From: Eledone cirrhosa
Taxonomy: Eukaryota
Assembly (NCBI GenBank): GCA_964016885.1
Contig: CAXHJY010000202.1
Location: forward strand, 38,047-102,046
DNA: 64,000 nucleotides
Reading direction: 5' to 3'
Shown here piece by piece: positions 41,762 to 56,755 of this stretch. Position 1 is the stretch's first letter. Each line of letters starts with the position of its first letter. The notes under the pieces are model-generated. The model did not search any database. It was not told the DNA's origin and saw only the letters and a program-made list of their open reading frames with translations. The translations under genes and the position numbers were made by a program.

Positions 41762-42521
41762 TGTATGCTATTATTTTTCTTTCGAAAAGGTTTTATTTTC
41801 TATGTTTTGAATAATCACTTGAGTTGTGTAACATGCACACAATATTAAGCTACCAACGTTTAACACACTATTAGATATGCGACTCCATTACTATGTAAAA
41901 TATATAGATTTTCGAAATAATCAGACAGACGTTATAACGATAAGATTGGATTTAAAATACATCATGACATAATTTTATTTTAGTATTTTGCAGGTTTTTG
42001 TCCTAATACCTCTGAAAAATGACCAGTAATTTAAAAATATTCTTTGTAAATGTATCAATTTAGATTATGCTAATCCATTTATCTGATGTAATATCATTCA
42101 TGATTTGCATACAACATAGAAACGATAGAGGAATAATTTCAAACTATAAATATAATGTCAAAATACATAAATCATCTCTTTTTTCTTTATTTCCTCTTTC
42201 TACATTAAATTGAATATGTCTGTCTCTTACCCTGCTGCCATTGCAATACAATGAATAAAATTACAGCATTATTTGTTGTGCGTTACTTTCCCTTTGAATT
42301 AATAATCAATTGGCTAGTCACAGCTTGTCTCAGAGAGTTTTTGATAGTTTCGAATAGTTTCGAATTCGCTACAATTCAACAATTGCATGAATCGTAATAT
42401 GTCACGGCAAATCTCTAGATGTATTATTTCTGCGTATATTCCAATGTCACAGATAGAAGGTTAATGTATATTTGTTTGCACGAGCTACAGAAGTATATCC
42501 ATCAACCTCTCTCTGTCTCTC

Positions 42522-42570
<49 letters not shown>

Positions 42571-42589
42571 TTCTCTCTCTTTCTCTCTC

Positions 42590-42632
<43 letters not shown>

Positions 42633-42641
42633 TTCTCTCTC

Positions 42642-42705
<64 letters not shown>

Positions 42706-42706
<1 letters not shown>

Positions 42707-42915
42707 AGGAACAAGTAGGACCCCGACGGCTGAGCTCAAGCCGTTTCGACGGCTAATTTTGGACTACAATTAGCCGTCCAGAATTAGCCGTCGAAACGGC
42801 TTGAGCTCAGCCGTCGGGGTCCTACTTATTCCTATTACCCACTCTACTACCCTAAGTATTGAGTACTTTGGTGCGTTATGGTCCATCTGGTTCCTTACCA
42901 CATTTCCTTCGTTAT
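42706..42915. mobile_element. Young fold-back fragment of the GAAACGGC/GAGCTC HHR family
   Basis: Arms 42706-42768 and 42782-42835. Stem II, GAAA-CGGCT[TGAGCTC]AGCCG-TC|GGGG are present but CUGANGA is missing. The tail runs to ~42915. Confidence 0.8.
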
Positions 42916-43811
42916 ATATATAGACATGCATACATATATAAATATATTAGTTTATCGCCCACCCGTCATAGTAATGTTAAGTAAAGGCGTAGTAATGAAC
43001 GTAAAATATTGTTTCTACTTTTGGCACAAGGCCAGCAATTATCCCAGTTTATTACCGATATTTTATTTTATCGACCCCGTAAGTATGAAAGCCAAAGAAA
43101 CAGTGAAACAAGGCAGGTACATTACTCGTTGCTCCCCTCTTTTTCTCATTTAATAGCTATTATATTCTGACGAATTATGCCGTGAAGAATACTTGTAATA
43201 TAGTTGTGAATGATTTTATGTGACATTCAAATGTACTGAAATATTAAACTCCATTGATACGAAATGTATTACACAGCCTCCGCTTTACTTCTCAAATATC
43301 ATTGTTTTTCCCTAGCAAATAGACAATTCTATCTGTAATTTATGTTATATGGTTTGAGTATCATATAACACAACAGATCCGTAGTCAACAGAAAGGAAGA
43401 CATATATATACGATCCTTGCTAGGTTTTCTGTGTTCATGTTCAACAACCAATAATCAATCCTTTGCACTAGAATAAACCTTTCTTTCACAGTATGGTGTA
43501 GAAGCTGGGTAATAAATTTAATATCAGATGCTAGTATCTTTACAAGTGTTAGATCTCCAGTGCCAGAGTCTCAAAGGTAATTATTCAGTTTCAAATAATG
43601 CATTGTGATTTGGAAACACTTGTTCTCCTGTTTATAAAGCCAAAATGTCTTACTTCAGTAATTACATATAGAGGAAGCACCATGTTGTATTGCCAGGAGC
43701 CATTAGCTGCCTCCATTAGTATTCAAGTCTGTATCGTGTCTGATGTTCACGTCAGTACACAGGTGACACTCCAGAGTAACAAAAGCCATCTTTATGCCAT
43801 ACTGAAGACCA

Positions 43812-44267
43812 TTGGATTGGCAGTATCTGTAGAGGGTCGGACGGCATGCTTTCCAGCATAGTTACGCCCATTTACAGTCTGGGTTCAAATCCCGCCAAGG
43901 TTAACTTTACCTTTCATCCTTGCGAGGTCGATAAAATAAGGTACTAGTAATGTACTGAGATAATTGCTGGCCTTGTGCCAAAAATAGAAACAATTATTAA
44001 ACATTATTTCGTTATTAAAGGCGGTGAATTGGCAGTATCGATAGAGGGTTGGACGCCATGCTTTCTAGCATATTTACGTCCCTTTACGGTTTGAGTTCAA
44101 ATCCCGCCGAAGTTAACTTTGCCTTGCATCCTTACAGGGTCGATAAAATAAAGTACTAGTAATGCACTGGGTAATTGCTGGCTTTGTGGCTAAAGTAGAA
44201 ACAATTAGTTCGTTATTAAATACACTGGGTAATTGCTGGCCTTGTGCCTAACGTAGAAACAATTATT
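43812..44267 (+). mobile_element. Tandem SINE copies (43812-43996, 44020-44206, tail-only 44221-44267); a partial minus-strand copy is at 43007-43095
   Basis: Consensus matches separated by repeated TTCGTTATTAAA. Confidence 0.88.
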
Positions 44268-44434
44268 TCGTTATTAAATATTAATTTCTGCGTCAGATAC
44301 ATATAGTTACACGACAATTCAATGTATTGGTTGTACAGTTGATTGAATAATTGAATACTAATCGTTGAAACCAAGAGAGAATCTATCAGACTCCGCGTCA
44401 ACATGAAGATGATAAACGGCGAGTATTTATCGTA

Positions 44435-46149
<1,715 letters not shown>

Positions 46150-46154
<5 letters not shown>

Positions 46155-46328
46155 CGCAAGGCCAGCAATTACTCAGGGTATTACTGGTACTTTATTTTAT
46201 CGACCCTCGTAAGGATGAAAGGTAAAGTTAACCTCGGCGGGATTTGAACTCAGAATAGCAAGGGCCGTAACTCTATGCATCAAAGCATGGCGTCCGACTC
46301 ACTACCAATACTACCAATCCACCGCCCT
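46150..46328 (-). mobile_element. SINE copy, short-tail form
   Basis: Consensus match. Confidence 0.85.
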
Positions 46329-46479
46329 ATATAATCTATAATAATATACTCTGATCCGCGTGAGCATCGAGTGCTCAAACTGCATACCGCCTACGGACGC
46401 ATTTATTGCAACCTTACAACAACTATATATATATATATAAATGTGTAGTGTGTCTGTGTGTGTATATATTTATAAAGTT

Positions 46480-46775
46480 ATGTTGGTACCACAAAACATT
46501 TAACCCACACATGTAAAGTGACCATGTGGGTGACACGACAAAAGACACCCAGTCTACACTGTAAAGTGGTCATGTAGGAGACAAGGCAAAAAGCACCCAG
46601 CACACTGTAAATGTGGTTAGCGTTACGCAGGGCATCTAGCCGTAGAAAACCAGCCTGAAACAGTCCTATACGAGCGAGGCACAGTCTCCCGTCCAAACTT
46701 GCCTCAAATAAAATGGGATAAACCTGTCTAACCCATGCTAGCATAGAAGATATACGTTAAATTATGATAATGACC
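46480..46775 (+). mobile_element. 3' part of a second SINE/RTE-tailed retroposon with internal ~45-bp tandem units
   Basis: Three units AAAAGCACCCAG..CACTGTAAAGTGG, then GGGCATCTAGCCGTAGAAAACC...CCCATGCTAGCATAGAA..CGTTAAAT and (GAT)-like end. Confidence 0.6.
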
Positions 46776-46780
46776 CACCA

Positions 46781-46831
<51 letters not shown>

Positions 46832-46925
46832 GGCGTACGATAAGCAACGCCGTACGCTAAAACTATCCATAATAAGAAGTATTCACAACCTCTAATTGGA
46901 TTACCTATAACGATATGTTGTTATC

Positions 46926-46980
<55 letters not shown>

Positions 46981-47443
46981 TGGTACAAGTTCAATTACTA
47001 TGTTAAATATCTGAAATTTATTTCTAGTTCTATAAAACCTTTGACAATAAAATTTCATGCTAGTCGATTTCGGTGTTTATTTCCGAATCAGTTCCAATCG
47101 AGCAGACTTGTAGTTAAATTTATTTCAAGCGTGAAACTTCCCGTTTGACGAACATCTAAAACTATTAGATTCTATGACTCCTACCTGTTTAAGAGTGTAT
47201 ACCATGTAGACCGCCGCGGACTATTTGGATGTTAGGCTTTATCCTTTACTGGGTTTAATACCAGCCTCTGATCTGTCGATACCTTTATGTGAGAACACTG
47301 TTGGAAGCACTTGGACCAGGTCCCAAGATCCAAGATATTTCCCTTTGAGTCTGCCTCCTATCACTCCGAAGGGAGTTTATGAAAAAGGTTTGAATCAAAG
47401 CATCTCTCTCTCTCTCTCTCTCTCTCTCTAACTCTACCTCTCT

Positions 47444-47502
<59 letters not shown>

Positions 47503-47601
47503 ACTCTCTCTTTCTCTCTCTGTATCTTTATCTCTCTCTAACTCAAGAAATATATATATATATATTTCTTGAGTACGTTTATATAAATAAAATCAGTTTA
47601 G

Positions 47602-47733
47602 TGTTTCTGAGGAAGATGGCCGATTGAACAGCGTTTTCGAGACTAAAAATAGGTAGTAACTTAACCACTACCATTGCTAGTGGATACATCGATCTCCATA
47701 GATCAATCGACCTTCTAAAATGAACGTAAAACA
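47602..47733 (+). ncRNA. Degenerate type I hammerhead with ~100-nt stem II insertion
   Basis: TGTTT-CTGAGGA-[AGATGGCCGATTGA...TCAATCGACCTTCT]-AAAA-TGAACG-TA|AAACA. G12 is mutated. Confidence 0.5.
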
Positions 47734-47786
47734 ATGAACTAACTCTCTACCTACACCTGACTTGTGTTTCTATTGTTCCCACACAC

Positions 47787-47817
<31 letters not shown>

Positions 47818-48375
47818 TGCGTGTGTGTGTGTGAGTGTGTATAAGTGTGTGTTTGTATATGTGTGTGTGGGGTTTAGTGCTAGTAACGGGCTACATGACC
47901 CAATGATTCGAAAGACTAAAATGCGCCATAGTTTAACACCGTATTTTGACTTATAGGTTAGGTCCAATCAAAAAAAGATATATGTAAATGTAAATTCATA
48001 TAAATCTACATAGAGGTATAAAATGTTATGTTTCTCAAAGTAAATATTGTGCGCACAACATACAACACCTCTATTTATCACTCACCATTTCCATCTGACT
48101 CTCTCTCCCTTTCGCTTACATTCATTCTCCAATGCATCTATTTGAAAATGCAATAGATTTTACTTTATCTGACGTAGATGAACCAATAAATATATTATCG
48201 TTACCAAAGCACTAACAAGCAAAGCAAAATACAATAGACAATATAAACATAAAATAGACTATATATCATCTAATTTCAAGATTTTGATGATTTTTGTTGT
48301 TGATGGTTTTGCTACACATTCTATTATTTCACCACAAATCACCCATTTCCCATTTATATTCCCTCAGTGGCGCGC

Positions 48376-48412
<37 letters not shown>

Positions 48413-48416
<4 letters not shown>

Positions 48417-48477
48417 GTGTTCCAAAATAATGTATTGGAATGGTGTTGAAGTGTGGATACATTTTTGGGACACCCTG
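48413..48477. mobile_element. Tiny Tc1/mariner-like MITE
   Basis: TA|TAGGGTGTTCCAAAA ... TTTTGGGACACCCTG|TA. Confidence 0.65.
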
Positions 48478-48653
48478 TATATATATATTATAATTATATA
48501 TTATATATATATATACATATATTATTTATATATATATATATATTATATATATATTATATATATTTATATATTATATTATTTATATATATTTATATATTAT
48601 ATATATATTATATATATTTATATATTATATATATATATATATATTATATACGG

Positions 48654-48761
<108 letters not shown>

Positions 48762-49029
48762 AAACATTGTTATTTTTTACTGCTGCCCCTGGTAATACTT
48801 TGGGTTTTGTATGTCTATCACTTATATCATTGAACGTTTCTCGTTGAACCGTTTTATATATATATATAAATATATACAAATATATATACATATATACATA
48901 CATATATATACATACATACATATATATAGATATATATATGATATATACATACATATATATATATATATATAATATATACATACATATATATATACATACA
49001 TACATATATATAGATATATATATGATATA

Positions 49030-49063
<34 letters not shown>

Positions 49064-50022
49064 ATATATACATACATATATATATACATGATATATACAT
49101 ACATATATATATACATGATATATACATACATATATATATATATATACATACATACATATATATATATATATACATACATACATATATATACATGTACATA
49201 TATATACATATACATGTACATATATATACATATACATATATATACATATATATACATATACATATACATATATATATATATATATATATATTGTAACCAT
49301 TAATAAGAATTTGATTTCAAGCATAGATCTTTACGTTTGCCATTTATTATTTTTGTCATGCGTCCTGCCATTTTATTTCTTTTCCTTTACTTTTAAATTT
49401 CCATGAGTAGGAAATACTTCCAACTTAGATCATATATCGTTTTGTTCCATCAAATAAATTCTTATACACTGAAGAAAAATGTGTAAAATAATATGTATTA
49501 ATAGTAGGTATAAACATTCCAGACCATTGTGAAATACATTTTCATTCAGGTTGTCTATATTACATAAGTGTAGAAGATATATATTAATATAATGTTTGGT
49601 TTACATTTCAAGCAGCAAATTTACTTTTCAAGTAGAAACTGATATATTTTCGTGTTGAAGTACTCCATCAATTTCAGAGTAGAAGACCTTTACGCCATCG
49701 ATGTGTTCAGATGATTTGTATTGAAGCGCTTTACAGCAGATTGTAGTTCGAAAGATCATGGTTCTAAAATAACTATGGTACATTGGATGATGGATGTTGG
49801 GTATAGGATGGTGCAACAGATTGTCAGAATGGAAATTACAATATGGTAATAAAGAAGGGCAATCCAACAAACATACTGGCGTTCGAAAAGCAAATCAAAC
49901 CCCGTTAATGATAGGATATAATAGAATAGAATAGAATGAAACATATATATATATATACACAAATCGACGTACATATGTACTCATATATACATATACATTA
50001 ATATATATATATTATATATATA

Positions 50023-50120
<98 letters not shown>

Positions 50121-50154
50121 GTATATGTATATATGAGTACATATGTACGTTGAT

Positions 50155-50210
<56 letters not shown>

Positions 50211-50826
50211 CGGCGATGAATTACTTTTGCGAGCTTTTTGATATGAAATCATGTGTCGAAACAAATATTGTTATACTTGGGGAGGGTCATATTTGTGTAA
50301 TAATATTGCCAGAATTAATAACAGAACACACTCACTAATTGGTTTGTTTTCGCTTCTGTGTCTTTTACATCGGTTAATTTAATTTATTCGGTCCTCAATG
50401 TTACCATTGACTGACCAACGGTAAAAAATACAGATATAATATAGACACAAACACATATATATACATTTCCTATTAGTACAGTGGGTTTTCCTAAAAGGGT
50501 AAGTTTGGCTGATCAGGGATTTTATGGTGGTTCCTGGCTTTCTACCACCTTAATCTTTAAGTGTGTCTTTTTCAGGGCCTTTCTACACTGGTTAGCTAAT
50601 TTCTCTCCAGGGGTAGCGTCCACAAACATGACACTCTGGTATCTCTAGTTGTCGTACCATGAGGTGGCTTTCCCTATCTTATATCTAATCCATGGGTTTA
50701 GCGTAGTGCGAGTGGAGAATTTGGGCTCTCTCGTCTATAGCGTTAGTTCAGAGATCCGTGTCTTAGACACGGAACTCTGGACTAACACTATAGACTATAT
50801 ACGAGAGAGCCCAAATTCTCCCCTAA

Positions 50827-51702
50827 CACTACGCTAAACCCATGGCTTCCAAATACCTGATACTCAAAAACTCAGCAATGTCCAGTAGTGCTAAGTTTAA
50901 TATTCTGATCGCAGACTTGGTACGAGTGATGAAGAACGTATCCCGCATGTGCGACCCAACAGAAATGGAAAGACACATCCAACACTTCATCAACCGCATG
51001 CAGTTCTCTGGCTACAACCAAAGAGACAGAATCAGAGTATACGAAGGAGCCACGGAGAAGTATAAGACCCTCATAGAACTGGACATAAAAGGAATTTGCC
51101 CATTATACAGGAGCAAATCATGGAATAGCTTAGATAGGACTAGACATAAGATAGGGAAAGCCACTTCATGGTACGACAACCAGAGATACCAGAGTGTCAT
51201 GTTTGTGGACGCTGCCCCTGGAGGGAAATTAGCTAACCAGTGTAGAAATGCCCTGAGAAAGACCCACTTAAAGATTAAAGTGGTAGAAAAGCCTGGAACC
51301 ACCATAAAATCCCTGATCAGCAAAATCTACCCTTTTAAGAAAACCCACTGTACTAATAGGAAATGTATTATATGTAAAGTAAACCCCCGGATAAACTGTA
51401 AGACTAGAAACGTAGTTTATAGCATACGATGAGCAGAGGGTACTTGCAGAAACATGACAACAACATACATAGGCGAGACAGCTCGTAGGATAGGTGAAAG
51501 GATAGACAACACTGGGGGGAACTAAAATGACGAATAAATGGTTCAGTACTATACGAATATGCCAGACAACAACACGACGGTAACATAGACAACATAGAAA
51601 TTAAAATAATATCTAAATATAGAAATGACCCAGCAGATAGGCAAATCAGAGAGGCCAGCGAAATAGAACTTAGAAGGCCAAGGCTAAACAGAAAAAAATG
51701 AA
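50827..51702 (+). pseudogene. PLE ORF remnant (RT C-terminus plus GIY-YIG endonuclease) with stops and a frameshift
   Basis: ORF 50842..51432 plus in-frame YIGET after the TGA at 51430-51432. Confidence 0.85.
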
Positions 51703-51750
51703 TGGAATAACAACAACACCCAAACAAACAATACTGACCTAAGAGAAGTA

Positions 51751-51781
<31 letters not shown>

Positions 51782-51987
51782 ATACACAAGCACAATAACA
51801 ACAAACACACATAAACACACACTAGTAAACTAAGATAGAATACAATAACCAATACACAGTCACCCAAACACAATACACACACGCAAACACATGCGCAGAG
51901 AAGAAGCTAAAAATAAATAAATAAATAAATAAACAGACAAAATAAAGATGGCGTAGGCATACAATACGACAGGAGTAAACATAATAG

Positions 51988-52032
51988 CACCACTGACGAT
52001 GTTGCAGATGTGCAACGAAAGAACTTTGTTAG
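51988..52032 (+). ncRNA. Partly decayed minimal hammerhead in the PLE 3' repeat
   Basis: CACCA-CTGACGA-T[GTTGCA GATG TGCAAC]-GAAA-GAAC-TT|TGTT. Stems I and III are imperfect. Confidence 0.6.
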
Positions 52033-52223
52033 ACTATATATATATGTGTTTGTGTCTATATTATATCTGTATTTTTGACCGTTGGTCAGGCAACGGTAAC
52101 ATTGAGGACCGAATACATTAAATTAACCGATATAAAAGAGACAGAAGCGAAAACCAACCAAACAGTGAGTGTGTTCTGTTATTAATTCTGGCAATATTAT
52201 TACACAAATATGACCCTCCCCAA

Positions 52224-52274
<51 letters not shown>

Positions 52275-52276
<2 letters not shown>

Positions 52277-52648
52277 TTATATTCTACAGGACTAGAACTG
52301 TTTCATTCTTTAGAAATCATCAGGAATCTGGGTATCAAAAAAATAAGTATGGTATTTATAGCTCTCTTCAGGTGCTTGGAGAGGGTAGGGAGTGGGATGG
52401 GTGTAGGTCATTGGTTGATAGAAAAGGGAATTCATTAAAAGCTAATTCTTCAAAGCTATAGTTTATTTTTAGAGTAACAAAGGCAGAAAGAATTCTATAA
52501 ACAAGTTCGGGATGGGGTGCCACTCCTTATTTTTAAGTTTCCCTTAAGCTAACAATGCCTAGATATCAGGTATCTATAAGACTGACCGCCAATGATCTTA
52601 TAGACACCTGATATCTGGATTTGTCTTCAAATTTATTATTATTACTAT
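52275..52648 (-). mobile_element. PLE-type terminal fragment with HHR, internal hairpin and a tail from another family
   Basis: Hairpin 52560-52617 (AGATATCAGGT.TCTATAAGA / TCTTATAGA.ACCTGATATCT), then GTCTTCAAATTTATTATTATTACT. Confidence 0.6.
52281..52327 (-). ncRNA. Type I hammerhead ribozyme, canonical core
   Basis: Minus strand: ATTC-CTGATGA-T[TTC TAAA GAA]T-GAAA-CAG[TTCTAGTC]CTG-TA|GAAT. Confidence 0.75.
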
Positions 52649-52659
52649 ATATATATATA

Positions 52660-53035
52660 TTTAAAAGAATAGAGGTGTAACACACGAGTTGTGATATATT
52701 GGTAAAAAGAAAAGAAAATGCTAACAAATTGTTCCCAGTGAAACATAGTTTAGTTAGGAATAAGTAAAAATTAGTAATAATTATTGGTTAGTATTCAGTT
52801 TTAGTTTTATTTAGTTTTATTCAGTTTTAGTTTTAAGATTAGAGCAAACATCACGGGCACTCTATCTCCAAATTAATGTTGAAAAGCATTAGAAATACGC
52901 AACCGGTAAAAACTTAAAACTAAAACTGAATACTAACCAATACTTATTACTAATTTTTACTTATTCCTAATTAAACTATTTTTCACTGGGAACAATTTGT
53001 TACCATTTTCCTTTCCTTTTACCAATATATATATA
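52660..53035. mobile_element. Fold-back copy of the 44466-46114 family
   Basis: Arms ~52694-52806 and 52917-53030, with the same tail ATTTAAAAGAATAGAGGTGTAACACAC. Confidence 0.8.
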
Positions 53036-53040
53036 TATAT

Positions 53041-53168
53041 GCTAATTGGGAGAGGAAATGGTGTATATATATATTATCAAATGATTCTATGGACATACTT
53101 TATAGTATATTGCTCTGATTATTTAATTTATTAATTCATCATTGAGCAACATCGTGAATGGTTGCCAA

Positions 53169-53224
<56 letters not shown>

Positions 53225-53790
53225 CTGTGTGGTGGGGGGACGTTGTCTAGTTTGTGTATATGTAAATCTTTATATTTGATAATCTCCCTAAGGTTGAGAT
53301 GCAATTTGGGCAATATTGGGCTGTGCTTTCTAGCAACCAGCCTACTGGCCGTAGGCACCAATCACATTATTTCTGACTTGACCACTGCCACGTCACAGTT
53401 CTTAGCCATTTTGAATTTGTTTTTGGCGGGGATCATTTAGGAAAATTCTTTGTCCAAGTGAGTTTGTTTCCTGACGAGGATATTTGATAGGATATTTCCG
53501 AAAGCGACGAAACCCTAAGGGTAGAAACGTAATCCTGGTATGTGTATATGCATTTTTTCTGATAACTTTAATTTTATACCTAATTGTGTATGGTTGACGG
53601 TATCTTTAATCGATTTCCACGTGCTATTGACCGCGAATAGATGGCTGTCGTTTATTTATCCACTATTTCTTCATAGGTGCCTTTTAATCTTATAGCCTGG
53701 TTTAATTGATTATTTGTGTGGTTGATTATGCTAATTGGGAGAAGAAATAGTGTATATATATTATCAAATAATTCTCTGGACATACTTTAG
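53041..53790 (+). mobile_element. PLE-type terminal repeat (family of 33765-34365); its HHR at 53466-53528 has a stem II deletion
   Basis: GTTTC-CTGACGA-...-GAC-GAAA-CCCTAAGGG-TA|GAAAC. A short extra terminal copy lies at 53041-53110. Confidence 0.8.
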
Positions 53791-53791
53791 A

Positions 53792-53833
<42 letters not shown>

Positions 53834-55207
53834 TCTTCTTTTTATTCTTCTTTTTATTCTTCTTTTTATTTTTATTTTAAACATTCTTCATGAAAAATTA
53901 AACTACCCTAAAAGTTGATGCTCCAAATATATCGAATAAATGTTACACTAGATAAACTTCTATATTAAATATAAGAACATATGTAGACCAAATGGGTATC
54001 CTAAACTTTTGAAATGATTTCTGCTAGACGTGATTTGGTAAATAATTTTTAGTTTTATCTGTTTTCGACTCTGATGCTTATAATGAACTTGGCAATATAT
54101 TGTCAATTAATTTTGAAGGGTTGATCTTTGTGGTCGATTTGCGTGGCATACTATGTTTTTATTTTTATTATTTTAATATTTTTTAATATTTTTAATATTT
54201 TTATTTTTAATATGTAATATTTTTTAGTTTTCTGTTTTATTTATTTATTATTATTATTTTTTGTTTTTGTTTCTGATATTTTTATTAATATATTGAAATC
54301 TGTTCTCTATTTCTGCTTGATAGATAATCATGTAGAGTAAAGACAAGAATAGTATTGTTAAAATTAATATAGACTCTATATATATGTGTATATATACACA
54401 TATATGTATACTTAAATTTTTATAGCACAATGAGAATGTTCTCCGTGTGAAATAGGAGTTTGCAGAGTTGATCACGTAAATTCACATCGATGTTTGTAGT
54501 TATCATATAAACATATGAATTTTTAAAACTAGACATAAGATCATTACTTTTCACACATTATAGATACGTGTCTCATTCATGAATACTCATATTTACATTA
54601 TAGTGCCTGTTTTTTATACGAACTAATATTTCTACATTGAAACATAGGGTTTTTAAATTCTGCCTCGCCTATGTCTGGTTACTTTTCATTTTTTTCTCTA
54701 TATATAACGGCTGGTTTCTCTCCTAACCACATATATCTCCCTTACATTAATACTAGAGCTAAATAAATAAATAAATAAATGTATCATTGATACGTCATTC
54801 AACGGATGTTCAACTACCTACTTTTCTCTATATATATCTATCTCTATCTATTTCCTCTCTATATATATCTCTCTCTGTTTCTTTACATGAAGTTCTTCTC
54901 TTTATCTATCTTTCCATCTCTCTATTTAGTTGCATGCATTTCTTCTTTTTCTTCGTTTTCTTTCTTTCTATCCTTCTTTCTTTCTTTCTTTCTGTTTACA
55001 ATTTTTCACTGCCAAATCAACTTTTCAAATACAAGTCAATGTTGAACGGTATGTCAAATCTATTTATTTATAAAACTGTCTATATTGTATTTTGTCTGAA
55101 GAAGGCATAACATATTGTTAATATGATATCCCTGAAATATATATAATGAAATAGATATGGTTTTATAAATATAGTTTCCATTTATTTAATATCGTATATA
55201 TATATAT

Positions 55208-55432
55208 ATATTTATTAAAATAACAGATTAAAGTTTAAGCAAAGAATCGTTGCTTTCACTCTTAACGGGATCTTCAGAAGATCTCGTTAAGGGTGAAAGC
55301 AGCGATTCTTTGCTTAAACTTTAATCTGTTATTTTAATAAATATTTGTTCCAGGGTTCTTATATATTTGATATATATTTATCCTTATCGAGCCCACTTTG
55401 GATTTTAGTCTTCAAATTTATTATTATTACTA
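55208..55432. mobile_element. Fold-back copy of the Neptune-type PLE 3' repeat with the junction inside the HHR core
   Basis: ...AACGGGATCTTC|AGAAGATCTCGTT... Arms 55208-55275 and 55277-55344, tail to 55432. Confidence 0.85.
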
Positions 55433-55451
55433 TATATATATATATATATAT

Positions 55452-56140
55452 CAAAAATTAATTCAATTTAATTAAATTAAGGGAGTCATGTCTGAGACAT
55501 GCGCCATATCCACCGTAGAATAAGCTCAAAGATTCCAAGCATTTTATATCAACTAGAAATTTATTGACATATATATATTTAAAATAAACGCATGAAACAA
55601 TCACAGGGGATAATTTGTAAAGTGTGTAATCACACATAGATAGGTATGTAACTAATTAAAGTTTAACTACAGCTTCAAATATTACCTTTTAAAAAATGAT
55701 TAATCTTCCTCGTGTATATTTCATTAAAGAAATATATTTCACCATTAATCCGTAAAGTCACAGTAATCAAATCACAGGGGAAAAGATTTAACTATCGGTG
55801 TTTACACATCAAATACAAATCTGCGAGTGGGCTAACGCTAGTATGTTGTTAGTAGGTTTAGAATTGCAACACGTGCGATGGCTCACTCGCAGATTTGCAT
55901 TTGATGTGTATAAATACAGATAGTTAAATCTTCTCCCTTGCTGAAGAGACGGGATTTGACTACTGTGGCTTTACGGATTAATGGTGAAATATATTTCTTT
56001 AATGAAATATATACAAGGAAGATTAATCATGTTTTAAAAGGTTATATTTGAAGCTCTAGTTAAACTTTAATTAGTTACCTACCTAGCTATGAGTGATTAC
56101 ACACTTTACAAATTATCCCCTGTGATTGTTTCCTGTTTTT
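55452..56140. mobile_element. Fold-back PLE-type element with an HHR on the right arm
   Basis: Arms ~55595-55832 and 55880-56132, tail 55452-55590. The left arm lacks the CTGAAGA segment. Confidence 0.8.
55936..56018 (+). ncRNA. Type I hammerhead ribozyme, canonical core, long stem III
   Basis: CCTTG-CTGAAGA-[GAC...GGT, imperfect]-GAAA-TATATTTC[TTTAAT]GAAATATA-TA|CAAGG. Confidence 0.75.
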
Positions 56141-56177
56141 TTTTTATATATATATATGTCAATCAATTTCTAGTTGA

Positions 56178-56258
<81 letters not shown>

Positions 56259-56755
56259 GCATACATACATGCATGAAAAAACTACACTGTTCATCAGCTA
56301 GTTGTACTCAACAATCTCCCTACAACTCGTTGCCAGAGAGTATAGACTACTGCTGAGGCTTAACAAGGAGGTTCCTCTATAACTAGAGCAATCTCTCTCG
56401 TCCCACCATTTGAAAATTGGGATTGTCACCCCCAATTACCATTGCTTAGGTGCCAACCGAAACACACGAGTCAGCCAGAGATCACCTTCTCTAGTTAAGG
56501 ATTTTAACATGCCGGGTTGAATTTCATCCATCCCAGCACCCTTGCGACATTTGACATCCTTAATTGCTCCTGTGACCTCAACTACCGAGAGATTAGTTTT
56601 GCAGCGACACATGATTTAAAAACTGGCCAAAAAGTAGCATCACTTTTATATATTTACGTTTGATTCAAAATGTTTCTGTTATTTTCTATCGGGTTTAGGT
56701 GATCAGCAATGTAACAGTCACACCTTGCAAGGCTGCTCCTCTCTGAAGAGATAAT

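Larger units (their letters stand above)
50208..52226 (+). mobile_element. 5'-truncated, 5'-inverted Penelope-like retroelement (RT thumb/linker plus C-terminal GIY-YIG) with inverted terminal repeats
   Basis: HYAKPMASKYLILKNSAM..CTNRKCIIC..NCKTRNVVYSIR*AEGTC..TYIGETARRIGER..(frameshift)..DPADRQIREASEI..PRLNRK. 50273-50462 is the reverse complement of 52034-52226, and 50465-50690 is the reverse complement of 51136-51365. Confidence 0.92.

Noticed and set aside
47541-47574. Perfect hairpin ACTCAAGAAA-(TA)n-TTTCTTGAGT
   Set aside because: Only 10 bp of non-microsatellite arm, which local strand slippage at (TA)n can explain
51430-51432. In-frame TGA at an expected Cys position (VVYSIR*AEGTC), suggesting selenocysteine recoding as reported for Naiad PLEs
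   Set aside because: This element has a C-terminal endonuclease, a nearby frameshift and more stops, and no SECIS was identified. A TGY>TGA point mutation is simpler. The family consensus would settle it.
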